From Bacteroidota bacterium (lineage in GTDB: Bacteria > Bacteroidota > Bacteroidia > AKYH767-A > OLB10), in NCBI GenBank assembly GCA_947453935.1, contig CANGJU010000001.1, positions 11,112 to 75,111 on the forward strand: 64,000 nucleotides of DNA, written 5' to 3'. Under the pieces are notes generated by a model. The model was not told the DNA's origin, did no database searches, and saw nothing but the letters and a program-made list of their open reading frames with translations. The translations under genes were made by a program, and so were the position numbers. This document shows positions 16,606 to 26,626 of the stretch, piece after piece. The first letter of the stretch is position 1, and the number at the start of each line of letters is the position of its first letter.

Positions 16606-19503
16606 TTATTTCGTGTTGAGTTCTTTTTTACTACCTATATATTGATTTTGATAGTAATATTTAATAAGGAATAAGGAATTAGGGTACTTTAATTTGTCTT
16701 TGCTCCAACTCATTAAAGAGTTTTGGTAAACTAATTTACCTGATATATCAAAAACCTCTAAACGTACAAATTCTTTTTGCATATCATTTAATTGCAATAG
16801 TTGTTCAAGAGTTAATATTTCAGTAACATTAGTAGTTGAAATATTGCTTATTCTTAAATTAAAATTATTGATATGATATTCACGATCAAGTAAGGTGCGG
16901 CTGTTTCTAACTCCTGTTCCACCAATTAATTCATCTGTAATTGCAATTGCTTCTAAGTCTTGTATTTCATTTTCGGTAGGGTCTCTATCTTCTGCAATTA
17001 ATGATAGTGTTATCCTATCCACAATTAGGTTGTTCTCTTCAATTGTATTATTTGAAATCATATTGTTTAATCGATATAAGGCGTCAATAACGGTTTTTTC
17101 ATTGCTTAGTGCTATTGCATCTACATAATTCCCTATATTATCTTGACGATGCAAGTTAATAAAATCTACATAGTTTTGATCTAACGCTTGAAGAGCAGAG
17201 TCATTTGAGATTACTGAGTAAGCAAATACTTTATCTAAATAATGATTTTCTTCTATGTTTTCATCATATTCTAATTCATTATAAATTATTTGGCGAACAC
17301 GTTCATAAATAGCATCTGTTAAAGTGGAGTTTGATTGACCACAGAATGAATTTTGAGCAACATTAGTAATGTGTACAATAAAATTATTAATTGGATTAAC
17401 ACTAATGGATATAATTGGTGAACTGCCAGATAAATACCAACTAACGGCATCTACCGTACCTCCAAATTTAGAAATATTGATTTTAAAAGAGGTAAAAAAG
17501 TTATTATAGGGCATTAAAGGCTTGCCTTGATCGGCTAACTTTGCTTTGCTAAAATAAATACCATTTAAAAACCCTGTTAAAGGAGTAGATGGATCTCCTT
17601 CAAAGTTATTACAATAAATATTTGTGCCAACACAATCATCTTTGATATACAAACCACTACCCATTTTATTTAATTTGTTTTCACTAATAATTGAGTTTCT
17701 TCCACTGCAATTATCTAACTTAATTCCAATCAACTGGTTTATATAATCTTTAGTAGTACTATTTATGGGATTCGTTTGAAAAATATCATTAGAATTTACG
17801 AATATTTGATTCGAATTTTCTAAGTAGATTCCTGCATGATAAGGGTTTTCCGAAATATTAGGTGTTGGTGTATGACTTAAATTAAAACTATTAAACCTTA
17901 TAGGAAACATGCTTGTAGTATCATTTCCTAAACCTTTAATATTGCTAGCATAAATACCCATTCTAGCCGCGTTAAAAGTATTGTTTTGAATATGACCATT
18001 AATGGTAGTAGGGGATACAAATGCTAAGCGAATTGCAACATTTTCTAAATTGCCATATGGTTTTTGAATTTGAAAATAAGTACCAGTATTAAACGTATTG
18101 CTGTCAATTTCTAAAGTAGCTTCAATAAATCTTTTGCAATAAATTGCGCAGTAAAAGCGTGAATCGAAACTGTTTCCAAAAATTTTAATCGTTTTACTTG
18201 AAATATTAAAATTATCTACGCGCACACCACCTAGTGAATTAACATTATTTATGTTGTTTTTATAACAATAAACATTAACATTTTTAAAAGCATTTACACC
18301 ATACTTGCAGTTATTTATTAGATTATTATTGGGTTTTAACAAGTGTCCAAAATTTATTGTTTGTTCTTGGTTTGATGTTCCTTCACAATAAATAGCACTC
18401 CCATTATAAATTCGGGTATTGGTATAAGCGGATATAGGAATTGTATTAACTATAGTAACACGCTCTGGAAGTGTTATTGATCCTCGGATATTAGCAATAC
18501 CAATATTCATATTCTGAATATTAATTTGCATTACATCATTATTTATTTGGTTGTTGAAGTTAGGGTTGTCATATAGATAAAATCCAGCAAAACTTTTGCT
18601 TTGTGGTGTAGTTTGTTGCCCGCAGTAATTGGGTAATAAATTAAAATTGTTGTTTATTGAAATTCCTGGTCCAGTAGAACCGCCAAAATTTAAGTTATTG
18701 CCATTAGGATTTTCAGGTGAATAAACAGCTATGTAATTATCTAAAAATTGACTTGCATTAGGTGATCCATTATTGAAATCACCTGTTATTGTCCCTTTGT
18801 AATAAAGGCCATATTCCGCATCTCTTATTGTACTTCCATCCCTTATTTTAATTGTTGCTTGATCCTGAGCGTGTATACCTTGCCACAAATGCCCACATCC
18901 TGCTTGGATGGTTGAGTTTATTAATCCAAATCCCATATTAGGTATAACATTGATAATTCCACCTTGGTCAACATTTATAATTGTATTGTGAATTTCAAGG
19001 GTTTGATTGACTAATAATTGACCGTGTAGTTCAATTATACTATTTTGATTTGGATATATTAACGGGTCATAGATAAAGGTAGTTCCATTTTGAACGATAT
19101 TAGGTATTTTATCTGGTGTAATGTCAATTAATTGCGGAAGTGAATCATTTTGACAACAAGGTTGTAGGTACAAAGTATCAGTAGCATTACAAGGACTTGT
19201 TTGGTGCAAAACAATCATTGCATAATAAAAAGTTGAACTATTGATTGCAGAATTTGCTGAAAACTGATTTCCTGTTACTGATAAAATACTTGTTGTAATA
19301 GGCGAATCATATACATCATAAGTGGTCAATTCTGCTGAATAAATTCCTGCATTATTATAATTATCAATTGTGTAAATAAATAAGTTTTGAGGACCACACA
19401 AGCTTTGTTTGCCATTAATTTTGGGGTTGCAATTTTGTCCGTTAGCCAAAACGCAATTTAATAAAATGCACCAAAGTGCTAATAAGTAGTTGCTTTTTTT
19501 CAT
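16606..19503 (-). CDS. Large secreted right-handed beta-helix-like protein with T9SS C-terminal domain
   Basis: Probable start is M18 of the track ORF (MKKSNYLLALWCILLNCVLANGQ), 21 nt downstream of the TATATTTG box. The longer 19554 start would overlap the promoter. 8-nt gap to the 384-aa gene. Confidence 0.7.
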   Translation of the reverse strand: MKKSNYLLALWCILLNCVLANGQNCNPKINGKQSLCGPQNLFIYTIDNYNNAGIYSAELTTYDVYDSPITTSILSVTGNQFSANSAINSSTFYYAMIVLHQTSPCNATDTLYLQPCCQNDSLPQLIDITPDKIPNIVQNGTTFIYDPLIYPNQNSIIELHGQLLVNQTLEIHNTIINVDQGGIINVIPNMGFGLINSTIQAGCGHLWQGIHAQDQATIKIRDGSTIRDAEYGLYYKGTITGDFNNGSPNASQFLDNYIAVYSPENPNGNNLNFGGSTGPGISINNNFNLLPNYCGQQTTPQSKSFAGFYLYDNPNFNNQINNDVMQINIQNMNIGIANIRGSITLPERVTIVNTIPISAYTNTRIYNGSAIYCEGTSNQEQTINFGHLLKPNNNLINNCKYGVNAFKNVNVYCYKNNINNVNSLGGVRVDNFNISSKTIKIFGNSFDSRFYCAIYCKRFIEATLEIDSNTFNTGTYFQIQKPYGNLENVAIRLAFVSPTTINGHIQNNTFNAARMGIYASNIKGLGNDTTSMFPIRFNSFNLSHTPTPNISENPYHAGIYLENSNQIFVNSNDIFQTNPINSTTKDYINQLIGIKLDNCSGRNSIISENKLNKMGSGLYIKDDCVGTNIYCNNFEGDPSTPLTGFLNGIYFSKAKLADQGKPLMPYNNFFTSFKINISKFGGTVDAVSWYLSGSSPIISISVNPINNFIVHITNVAQNSFCGQSNSTLTDAIYERVRQIIYNELEYDENIEENHYLDKVFAYSVISNDSALQALDQNYVDFINLHRQDNIGNYVDAIALSNEKTVIDALYRLNNMISNNTIEENNLIVDRITLSLIAEDRDPTENEIQDLEAIAITDELIGGTGVRNSRTLLDREYHINNFNLRISNISTTNVTEILTLEQLLQLNDMQKEFVRLEVFDISGKLVYQNSLMSWSKDKLKYPNSLFLIKYYYQNQYIGSKKELNTK

Positions 19504-19523
19504 GATTTTTAGTTTTAGGTACT

Positions 19524-19742
19524 CAAATATAAAGTGGCAAATAACTGAAATCAATAAGTAAAATTACTTATTTTTTAATCCATTAAAAATGGCAAATAAC
19601 GTTTCTTGATTATTGTCCTTTAAATTAATAATCAGTTATTTATAGACTATTATACTTATATTTTTTGGCTCGATCAATCAAAATTTTACCTTTTTGAAAT
19701 TTTCAAAGGGCTTCAAAAAAACGTCAGATTTTACTTGCCACT
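19524..19742 (-). promoter_or_regulatory. Conserved upstream cassette, copy 2
   Basis: -7 box at 19524-19531 (minus). IR arms at 19533-19543 and 19732-19742. Near-palindrome AATAAGTAAAATTACTTATT at 19553-19572. Confidence 0.6.
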
Positions 19743-19865
19743 GAATTATATAATAAAGACGGAGAACTGCAAGTTGTTTCGCTTCATGGGAATGCATAAA
19801 ACGCTAATTTCAAAACAATCCTACTTTTGTAAACCCCAAATCATACACTATTCACACACCTATCT

Positions 19866-20300
19866 ATGAAATTAAAAACTATCTTACTATTTACCTTTTT
19901 ACTATTATCAAAAAGTATTTTCTCTCAATCTGCATTAAACGAAATAAAAGCTTTTGAACAGAAAAGATATCAAGCTTTAATTAATGCAGATATTGCAACA
20001 ACAACTAAATTGATTTCTCCTGATTTATTATACACGCATTCGAATCTAAACTTTGAAGATAAAGCAGCATATCTCTTTGCATTAACAAGTGGAAAGTATA
20101 AATTTGAAACATTTGAAACGGATAGTACGCAGTATGTTTTTCTGAATAAGAAAACAGTTGTTGCAGCGGGATTAGTCCATATGCAAGGACGTTATAACGA
20201 TACTCCTTATAAATTAGATGGGCGCTTTACCGCAGTGTACACAAAAAAGAAACAGCAATGGCAATTAGCAGCCTGGCAAACGACCAAGAAAGTGAATTGA
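19866..20300 (+). CDS. Secreted SnoaL-like/DUF4440-type small protein
   Basis: Paralog of 7380-7814. Signal peptide present. Confidence 0.55.
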   Translation: MKLKTILLFTFLLLSKSIFSQSALNEIKAFEQKRYQALINADIATTTKLISPDLLYTHSNLNFEDKAAYLFALTSGKYKFETFETDSTQYVFLNKKTVVAAGLVHMQGRYNDTPYKLDGRFTAVYTKKKQQWQLAAWQTTKKVN

Positions 20301-20327
20301 TAGTTGAGCAATTAAATTTTCAATTCG

Positions 20328-22250
20328 CTAAATCTTTTTTGCTCCTTCAATTATCGCATCTACCACTGCAGGATCCAGTAGAGTGCTGGTATCTCCTAAA
20401 TTGCTTAAGTCGTTCTCCGCAACTTTTCTTAATATCCTGCGCATGATTTTTCCTGAGCGTGTTTTCGGTAAGCCTGTCACAAATTGTATTTTGTCGGGCT
20501 TGGCAATAGGACCAATAACTTTGCTTACGACGTCTAAAATTTCTCTTCGTGTTGTGTGTTCATCTTCTGGTAAGTGGTCGCATATAACGTAAGCGTATAT
20601 ACCCTGTCCTTTAATTTCATGCGGGTAACCAATCACCGCCGATTCAATCACGTGAATATGCTCGTTAATGGCATTCTCAACCTCTGCGGTTCCTAGTCGG
20701 TGGCCACTTACATTGATGACATCATCAACACGTCCAATTATCCGGTAATAACCATCGTGGTCGCGTTTGCAACCATCACCTGTAAAATATAAATTCTCGT
20801 ATGTACTGAAATAGGTCGTGCGACATCGCTCATGGTCGCCATAAGTGGTGCGCAGCATACCAGGCCATGGGTACTTAATGCATAAGTTGCCTTCTACATT
20901 ATTGCCTTCAATGATTTTTCCTTCGGCATCTACCAGCACAGGCTGCACGCCCGGAAGTGGTAAGGTAGCAAAGGTCGGTTTAGTAGGAGTGATATTAGCA
21001 AGAGGAGATATCATCACGCCTCCAGTTTCCGTCTGCCACCAGGTATCAACAATGCCGCAATTTCCTTTCCCAATTTTTTCATCGTACCAATGCCATGCTT
21101 CTTCATTAATAGGTTCTCCAACGGAGCCCAATGTTTTTAAGCTTGCTAACGAATACGGAGTAACGAACTCGTCACCTTGTGCCATCAGCGAACGAATAGC
21201 AGTCGGAGCAGTATAAAAAATATTTACTTTGTGTTTATCAATTACATTCCAGAATCTTCCTGCATCAGGATAAGTAGGAATGCCTTCAAACATTAAAGTG
21301 GTGGCACCGTTTAATAAGGGTCCATAAACAATATAAGAATGACCTGTCACCCAGCCGATATCTGCAGTACACCAGTAAATATCACCTGCGTTATATTGAA
21401 ACACATTGGCAAAAGTATAAGCTGCCCAAACCATATAGCCAGCTGTTGTATGCACAACTCCTTTTGGTTTACCTGTAGATCCAGAAGTGTATAAAATAAA
21501 TAACATGTCTTCTGCATCCATCGATTCAGCAGCACATTCATTCTCACAGTCTTTTATTGCATCTTTCCAGTAAACATCTCTTCCTGCTTGCATGTTAATC
21601 TCTGAATTTGTATTCTGAAATACAATTACGGTTTCAACGGAAGAAGTAGAAGCGAGCGCATTGTCTACAATTTCTTTTAAGTTCAATGCTTTTGCTCCTC
21701 TGTAAACACCATCTGCTGTAATGACCATCTTGCAAGTAGCATCATTAATTCTATCTGCTAAACTCTGAGCAGAAAATCCCGCGAACACAATCGAATGAAT
21801 AGCGCCAATTCTAGCGCAGGCTAACATCGCAACAGCTGCTTCGGGTACCATTGGCATATAAATACAAACACGGTCGCCCTTTTTTACTCCAGCATTTTTA
21901 AGCATGTTAGATGCTTTACAAACTGCGTGATACAATTCACGATACGTAAGCGTACATCCCTTGCCGTTAGGGTCGTTGGGTTCCCAAATAATAGCAGGTG
22001 TATTTCCATTTGTATCAAGATGACGGTCGAGGCAGTTTTCTGTGATGTTTAAAACGCCACCTTCAAACCATTTTACATCAAACGATCTAAAATCCCAGTT
22101 CAATACGTTATCCCAACGTTTCTTCCACACAAAATTCTCCGCTATATCATTCCAGAAGGATATAGGATAATTAACGCTTTTTTCATAGGCCTGCTGATAG
22201 GCTTCCATCGACTCAATACGTGTATTCATGCTAGTTGATTTAAAAGTCAA
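20328..22250 (-). CDS. acs: Acetyl-CoA synthetase
   Basis: 640 aa with canonical AMP-binding and ACS motifs (YTSGSTGKPKGV, TYRELYHAVCK...). Confidence 0.9.
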   Translation of the reverse strand: MTFKSTSMNTRIESMEAYQQAYEKSVNYPISFWNDIAENFVWKKRWDNVLNWDFRSFDVKWFEGGVLNITENCLDRHLDTNGNTPAIIWEPNDPNGKGCTLTYRELYHAVCKASNMLKNAGVKKGDRVCIYMPMVPEAAVAMLACARIGAIHSIVFAGFSAQSLADRINDATCKMVITADGVYRGAKALNLKEIVDNALASTSSVETVIVFQNTNSEINMQAGRDVYWKDAIKDCENECAAESMDAEDMLFILYTSGSTGKPKGVVHTTAGYMVWAAYTFANVFQYNAGDIYWCTADIGWVTGHSYIVYGPLLNGATTLMFEGIPTYPDAGRFWNVIDKHKVNIFYTAPTAIRSLMAQGDEFVTPYSLASLKTLGSVGEPINEEAWHWYDEKIGKGNCGIVDTWWQTETGGVMISPLANITPTKPTFATLPLPGVQPVLVDAEGKIIEGNNVEGNLCIKYPWPGMLRTTYGDHERCRTTYFSTYENLYFTGDGCKRDHDGYYRIIGRVDDVINVSGHRLGTAEVENAINEHIHVIESAVIGYPHEIKGQGIYAYVICDHLPEDEHTTRREILDVVSKVIGPIAKPDKIQFVTGLPKTRSGKIMRRILRKVAENDLSNLGDTSTLLDPAVVDAIIEGAKKI

Positions 22251-22361
22251 ATATAAAAAGATGCATGGAATACGAGTGCGAAAAATGGAGATTGTAAGGT
22301 GCTTGTAAGATTTACCCTTAAAATAATCATTACTGTTTCAAGCTGAAGTTAACTTGCCTTC

Positions 22362-22754
22362 ATGATTAAGCGAACAATTATACTTTCTATGTTTCTTGCT
22401 ATGAACTATGTTTCATCGGCGCAGAACTCTAGCGAATGGAAAGAGCTGATCATAAAAACACCTACGCTCAATGAATGGACGGTGTTTAAAATTAATCGTT
22501 GGTTGCATTGCCTTGATGGAGTTCACTTGAGCGGATATTACCAGCCTTCCAGTTGCTTATTAATTAAATATGATACACAAAAAATTCTCGATCCCGCCAT
22601 AATCAAGGTGGTTATCTCTTACCTCAATCAGAAAATGAAATCGGAGGTATTATCAGGCTACACTATTTACGACATTGTCGATAATAAATATGTAGCTCCT
22701 GAGCCAATCAAATCACAAACAGTATTAAAAACTTCAAAAAACAAAGGAGGCTAA
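22362..22754 (+). CDS. Hypothetical secreted protein
   Basis: 130 aa with N-terminal signal peptide. Confidence 0.4.
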   Translation: MIKRTIILSMFLAMNYVSSAQNSSEWKELIIKTPTLNEWTVFKINRWLHCLDGVHLSGYYQPSSCLLIKYDTQKILDPAIIKVVISYLNQKMKSEVLSGYTIYDIVDNKYVAPEPIKSQTVLKTSKNKGG

Positions 22755-22830
22755 AAAAAAGAATAAATGAATAATGATTTACTTCAAAAGGCTTTGTGAT
22801 AAATGTATGTTATTGCAAAGCCTTTTTATT

Positions 22831-23562
22831 TTACGATTGCAGATAAGTCAACATTTGTTGACGCACCATTTCTTTTAAACGAGGTACATCTGCTTCAGTC
22901 ATTCCTTTTGTCTCGATAGGTTTACTCCACGTGCCATGCAATATACCCGGGCGCATACTTAACATACGCTTAGGTGAATGTAGGTGATGAGGATTTTTTA
23001 ACGTTAACACAGCAATAGGAACCTGTGCAAATATGGCTAATCGGAATGCGCCATCTTTGAAGTCTAATAATGGTGCTTCGGTTTTATTTCTGGTTCCTTC
23101 AGGAGCTAAAAAAACAGAGAGGCCTTCGTCGATGGTTTCTTTCATTCGCTCGATGCTTTTACTTCTATCATTGCGATCAGTTCTGTTAACTGTGATGTAA
23201 AGATTTTTAATCACGTAGCCTAACAACGGAATTTTTGCCAGCTCTGCTTTAGATAAGAATCGGAAACTGTTGCTACAAGCTGCTGCGTAAGCAGGAATAT
23301 CCAACATTGATAAATGATTCGCCACAAAAACATATTGCTTGTCGGGATTGATGTATTCTTTGTTTTCAATTTTACATCGCACTAAAAACAACACGAATAA
23401 TAAGAGCGCCCAGAATTTAGAAACTTTATGTGCAATAAATGGTGCCTTCTTTTTCGAGAAGAGATTAAAAACAATAAAGTAACAAGGAATAACAATGATG
23501 AACGATGCTGCAAATGCAATTAAGCAATAGACAGCATAAATCGCTTTAAGAAGTTTGATCAT
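22831..23562 (-). CDS. plsC: 1-acyl-sn-glycerol-3-phosphate acyltransferase
   Basis: NHxxxxD (NHLSMLD) and PEGTR acyltransferase motifs, with an N-terminal TM. Confidence 0.75.
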   Translation of the reverse strand: MIKLLKAIYAVYCLIAFAASFIIVIPCYFIVFNLFSKKKAPFIAHKVSKFWALLLFVLFLVRCKIENKEYINPDKQYVFVANHLSMLDIPAYAAACSNSFRFLSKAELAKIPLLGYVIKNLYITVNRTDRNDRSKSIERMKETIDEGLSVFLAPEGTRNKTEAPLLDFKDGAFRLAIFAQVPIAVLTLKNPHHLHSPKRMLSMRPGILHGTWSKPIETKGMTEADVPRLKEMVRQQMLTYLQS

Positions 23563-23563
23563 A

Positions 23564-24265
23564 TTATGGGGTACTTAGTGCTACTGGAATTATTTTTCCG
23601 TTAAAGTAATGATGTCCGTTTTCAGCAAACCAGGTAATATAGTTTCCCATCTCAGATGCGCTGAGTGGTGCAATATATCCAGGAAATGCCTGCGCTAACA
23701 TTTCGGTATTTACAGCACCGAGTGCGAGACAGTTTACTTTGATATTAGTCTCTTTAAATTCTTCGGCTAGGCATTCCGTTAGTATGCTTAATGCACCTTT
23801 GGAAGAAGAGTAGGCGGATAGTCCTGAGAATTTCACACTACCTTGAATTCCTCCAACAGAACTGATATTGATAATATGTGCACTGCTTGAATTTTTCAAA
23901 TGGCCCAGCAGCGATTGAATCAATAAATAAGGAGCAAATACATTTGTATTATATGCTTTTTGTAAATCTTCTTTAGAAATGCTCTCAAACGGCTTATTGA
24001 CTAATTGTCCAGCATTATTAATCAGGACATCAATTTTAGTAATTGATTTTTCATTCAGAAAATTTATAAGGCTTTCGAAACTCAGCTGACTTAAATCGTG
24101 AGGGAAAGAAATAATTTTTCCGTTTGATGCGTTTGAAAGTTGATTTAATAATTCAGCGTTTCGTGCAAGTGCAATAACGGTATGTCCTTTATCAGCTAAT
24201 TGCATTGCTGTTTGATAGCCAACGCCAGACGATGCGCCGGTGATTAAGATGGTTTTATTTTCCAT
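23564..24265 (-). CDS. SDR family NAD(P)-dependent oxidoreductase
   Basis: TGASSGVG Rossmann motif and YSSSK catalytic motif. Confidence 0.8.
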   Translation of the reverse strand: MENKTILITGASSGVGYQTAMQLADKGHTVIALARNAELLNQLSNASNGKIISFPHDLSQLSFESLINFLNEKSITKIDVLINNAGQLVNKPFESISKEDLQKAYNTNVFAPYLLIQSLLGHLKNSSSAHIINISSVGGIQGSVKFSGLSAYSSSKGALSILTECLAEEFKETNIKVNCLALGAVNTEMLAQAFPGYIAPLSASEMGNYITWFAENGHHYFNGKIIPVALSTP

Positions 24266-24323
24266 ATCCGATGCAAAGTAAACAATCTATTTAATTCAAT
24301 ATCTTTGAAACAAGAATTATTTT

Positions 24324-24857
24324 ATGAAATACAGATTATTCATTCTTTCTTGTTTCCTATCGTTTGCCACATTGGCTCAGGAAACAAATTCTTTATCGGA
24401 AGTGCCTTTCAAAGACCGCTTGTTTTACGGCGGTAATGTAGGATTGAATTTCGGAACCGTTACTTATATCTATCTCGCACCTACCATCGGTTATAGAATT
24501 ACAGAGGCGTTTGGTGCTGGAGTTGGTCCTTCGTATAGTTATTTAAAAGATAAGCGCTATGCCAATTATATCTACGAAACGGATACGTATGGAGGACGAA
24601 TATTTGCACAATACAGAGTGCATCCGAAGGCTATTTTGTATGGCGAGTACGAAGTAATCAACGCAGAAGTACCAAACTTGTTACAAACAGAATTAATTCG
24701 GACTAACATTGAATCGATATTGTTAGGTGGGGGATATGTTACACCAATCAGCGATCATTCAAGTTTTGTATTAATGGGTTTATGGAATTTTTCTCCGAGT
24801 CAGTATTCGATTTATGAAAATCCGATTATTAGAGCTGGAGTTAACTTCGGGTTTTAA
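24324..24857 (+). CDS. Outer-membrane beta-barrel protein
   Basis: Signal peptide, alternating amphipathic strands, C-terminal GVNFGF ending in Phe. Confidence 0.5.
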   Translation: MKYRLFILSCFLSFATLAQETNSLSEVPFKDRLFYGGNVGLNFGTVTYIYLAPTIGYRITEAFGAGVGPSYSYLKDKRYANYIYETDTYGGRIFAQYRVHPKAILYGEYEVINAEVPNLLQTELIRTNIESILLGGGYVTPISDHSSFVLMGLWNFSPSQYSIYENPIIRAGVNFGF

Positions 24858-25534
24858 TTATTGATTTCTTTTAGCTCGATGTACTTCATGTGCGTCATGA
24901 TCCAAACTTTTTTTCGTCGGATGTAAGGAGTGGGCTTTGATGCAGACCATTTTAAGGGGTTAGGTAAAATAGCGGCGATTAATGCAGCTTCACCTTTTGA
25001 TAATTTGGCGGCGGGTTTTTGAAAATAATATTGCGAGGCCGCTTCTGCTCCATATATACCAGGTCCCATTTCAATCACGTTTAAATAGACTTCCATGATG
25101 CGTTCTTTACTCCAAAAAATTTCAATTAAAAAAGTAAAGTACACTTCAAGTCCTTTTCTAAACCAGCTTCGCGATTGCCAGAGAAAAACATTTTTGGCTG
25201 TCTGCTGACTAATTGTAGAAGCACCTTTCACTGGTTTGCCCTTATGCTTAGCGTTATAGTCGGCAGCTTTTTCAATCGATTCTAAATCGAAACCAAAATG
25301 ATCTTCAAACTTTTGATCTTCGGATGTAACAACCGCAAGAGGTAACTTAGGAGAAATTTCATCAATCGATTTCCATTCCTTTTCTAGCTTACCAATCTCA
25401 GGATCGAAGTATCGTGAAATCATGAGCAGGGTAACTGGAGGATTAATCCAGCGATATAAAATAGTTGTACCAATGCTTAACAAAAAAAATCCAACTGCAA
25501 TTAGTCCAACAATTCGTAACACCTTTTTAAACAT
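24854..25534 (-). CDS. mtgA: Monofunctional biosynthetic peptidoglycan transglycosylase
   Basis: GT51 motifs EDQKFEDHFGFD and GASTISQQTAKN. N-terminal TM anchor. Confidence 0.8.
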   Translation of the reverse strand: MFKKVLRIVGLIAVGFFLLSIGTTILYRWINPPVTLLMISRYFDPEIGKLEKEWKSIDEISPKLPLAVVTSEDQKFEDHFGFDLESIEKAADYNAKHKGKPVKGASTISQQTAKNVFLWQSRSWFRKGLEVYFTFLIEIFWSKERIMEVYLNVIEMGPGIYGAEAASQYYFQKPAAKLSKGEAALIAAILPNPLKWSASKPTPYIRRKKVWIMTHMKYIELKEINN

Positions 25535-25736
25535 GGTGCTAAGGTATTAAATATTTTATTGCTTAAGATTATCAATTGAATTGGATGGAGGCATTCCATG
25601 TTTTATATGAGCAATAATCATAGCTATTTAAATCAATTAAAATTTCGAAGAGACTGAAAAATTGAATAGTAATAATTATTATTCATCGTTTTATATTTTT
25701 AAAACAAATGCTCATCATATATTCTAAAATCAGGAA

Positions 25737-25765
25737 GAGGGGCACAATCACCCCTCCTCCAATAT
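25737..25765 (-). terminator. Terminator candidate
   Basis: GAGGGGCACAATCACCCCTC hairpin just downstream of the stop at 25777. Confidence 0.35.
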
Positions 25766-25776
25766 AAGCAATAAAA

Positions 25777-26226
25777 TCAGCGAAGATTCCATTCAACATT
25801 CGATATAATTTCTTCACTGTCGTCGTATACTAATTGATGCGTTTCATTATTATTGGTGAATGGCCTACCATTAAATATGCCTTTGACAAACACATTTGCT
25901 TCCAGATCCATATTAAAGGTTATATCAAGGTAATTCCACTTTTCATCGGTAACTTGGAACTTCATATTTGTACTTAGTAATGTGGGGATGTACTTAGGCT
26001 CTGCCCAAGTAGTATCATTAATTAACTCGAATATATAGATTACCTTGCATGACTTTACGTTGGTAAATACCATATTCTCAATGCTCATATCTAAAAATTG
26101 GATTGTAGATTTAGCCACTTCTTCTACGGTATCACCTTCGTGGTATTCGTTTTTAAAATACTCTTGCCCTTGACTTGTTGTAACCATTCCTAGAATAGTC
26201 AGCAACAGAATAAATGATTTTTTCAT
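25777..26226 (-). CDS. Hypothetical secreted protein
   Basis: 149 aa with signal peptide MKKSFILLLTILGMVTTSQGQ. Confidence 0.4.
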   Translation of the reverse strand: MKKSFILLLTILGMVTTSQGQEYFKNEYHEGDTVEEVAKSTIQFLDMSIENMVFTNVKSCKVIYIFELINDTTWAEPKYIPTLLSTNMKFQVTDEKWNYLDITFNMDLEANVFVKGIFNGRPFTNNNETHQLVYDDSEEIISNVEWNLR

Positions 26227-26268
26227 AGTGCTATTTTTTAGATGATTTAGTTAAATGGTTTTTGGTAT

Positions 26269-26604
26269 TTAATTTCGACTGAATGACATTCCCAGCTTGT
26301 CATTTGTTGGACCTTTTAATTCTAATGCCATTAGAAAACTTCTTCCCATGTCTTGAGTTGTCAAAACTCTTTCATGATCTTCGACTAATATTTTGCCTTC
26401 GCTCTTAAAGAAAATTCCTGATTTTATTTCCTGATTTTCAGTATATAGATTTTTAAGAATATACTTTCGAAGCTTTAATTCGTAAGTAACTTTCGTAAGT
26501 ATCAAGCGCGGACTTTTAAAATCGCGGTTGTGAGTAGTCAGGCAATTTAATAAGTCGATTAGCTTTTCGTCGGTCGCGGCTTTAATAATTTTATCGGTTC
26601 TCAT
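26269..26604 (-). CDS. Hypothetical protein
   Basis: 111-aa ORF, 22 nt downstream of metK. Confidence 0.35.
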   Translation of the reverse strand: MRTDKIIKAATDEKLIDLLNCLTTHNRDFKSPRLILTKVTYELKLRKYILKNLYTENQEIKSGIFFKSEGKILVEDHERVLTTQDMGRSFLMALELKGPTNDKLGMSFSRN

Positions 26605-26626
26605 ATCGATTTTTGGTTTTGATGTG

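Noticed and set aside
16606-19554. Longer start at 19554 for the 982-aa ORF (MISVICHFIFEYLKLKIMKK...)
   Set aside because: It would place the conserved TATATTTG promoter box inside the coding sequence. The internal Met at 19503 begins a canonical signal peptide 21 nt downstream of the -7 box.
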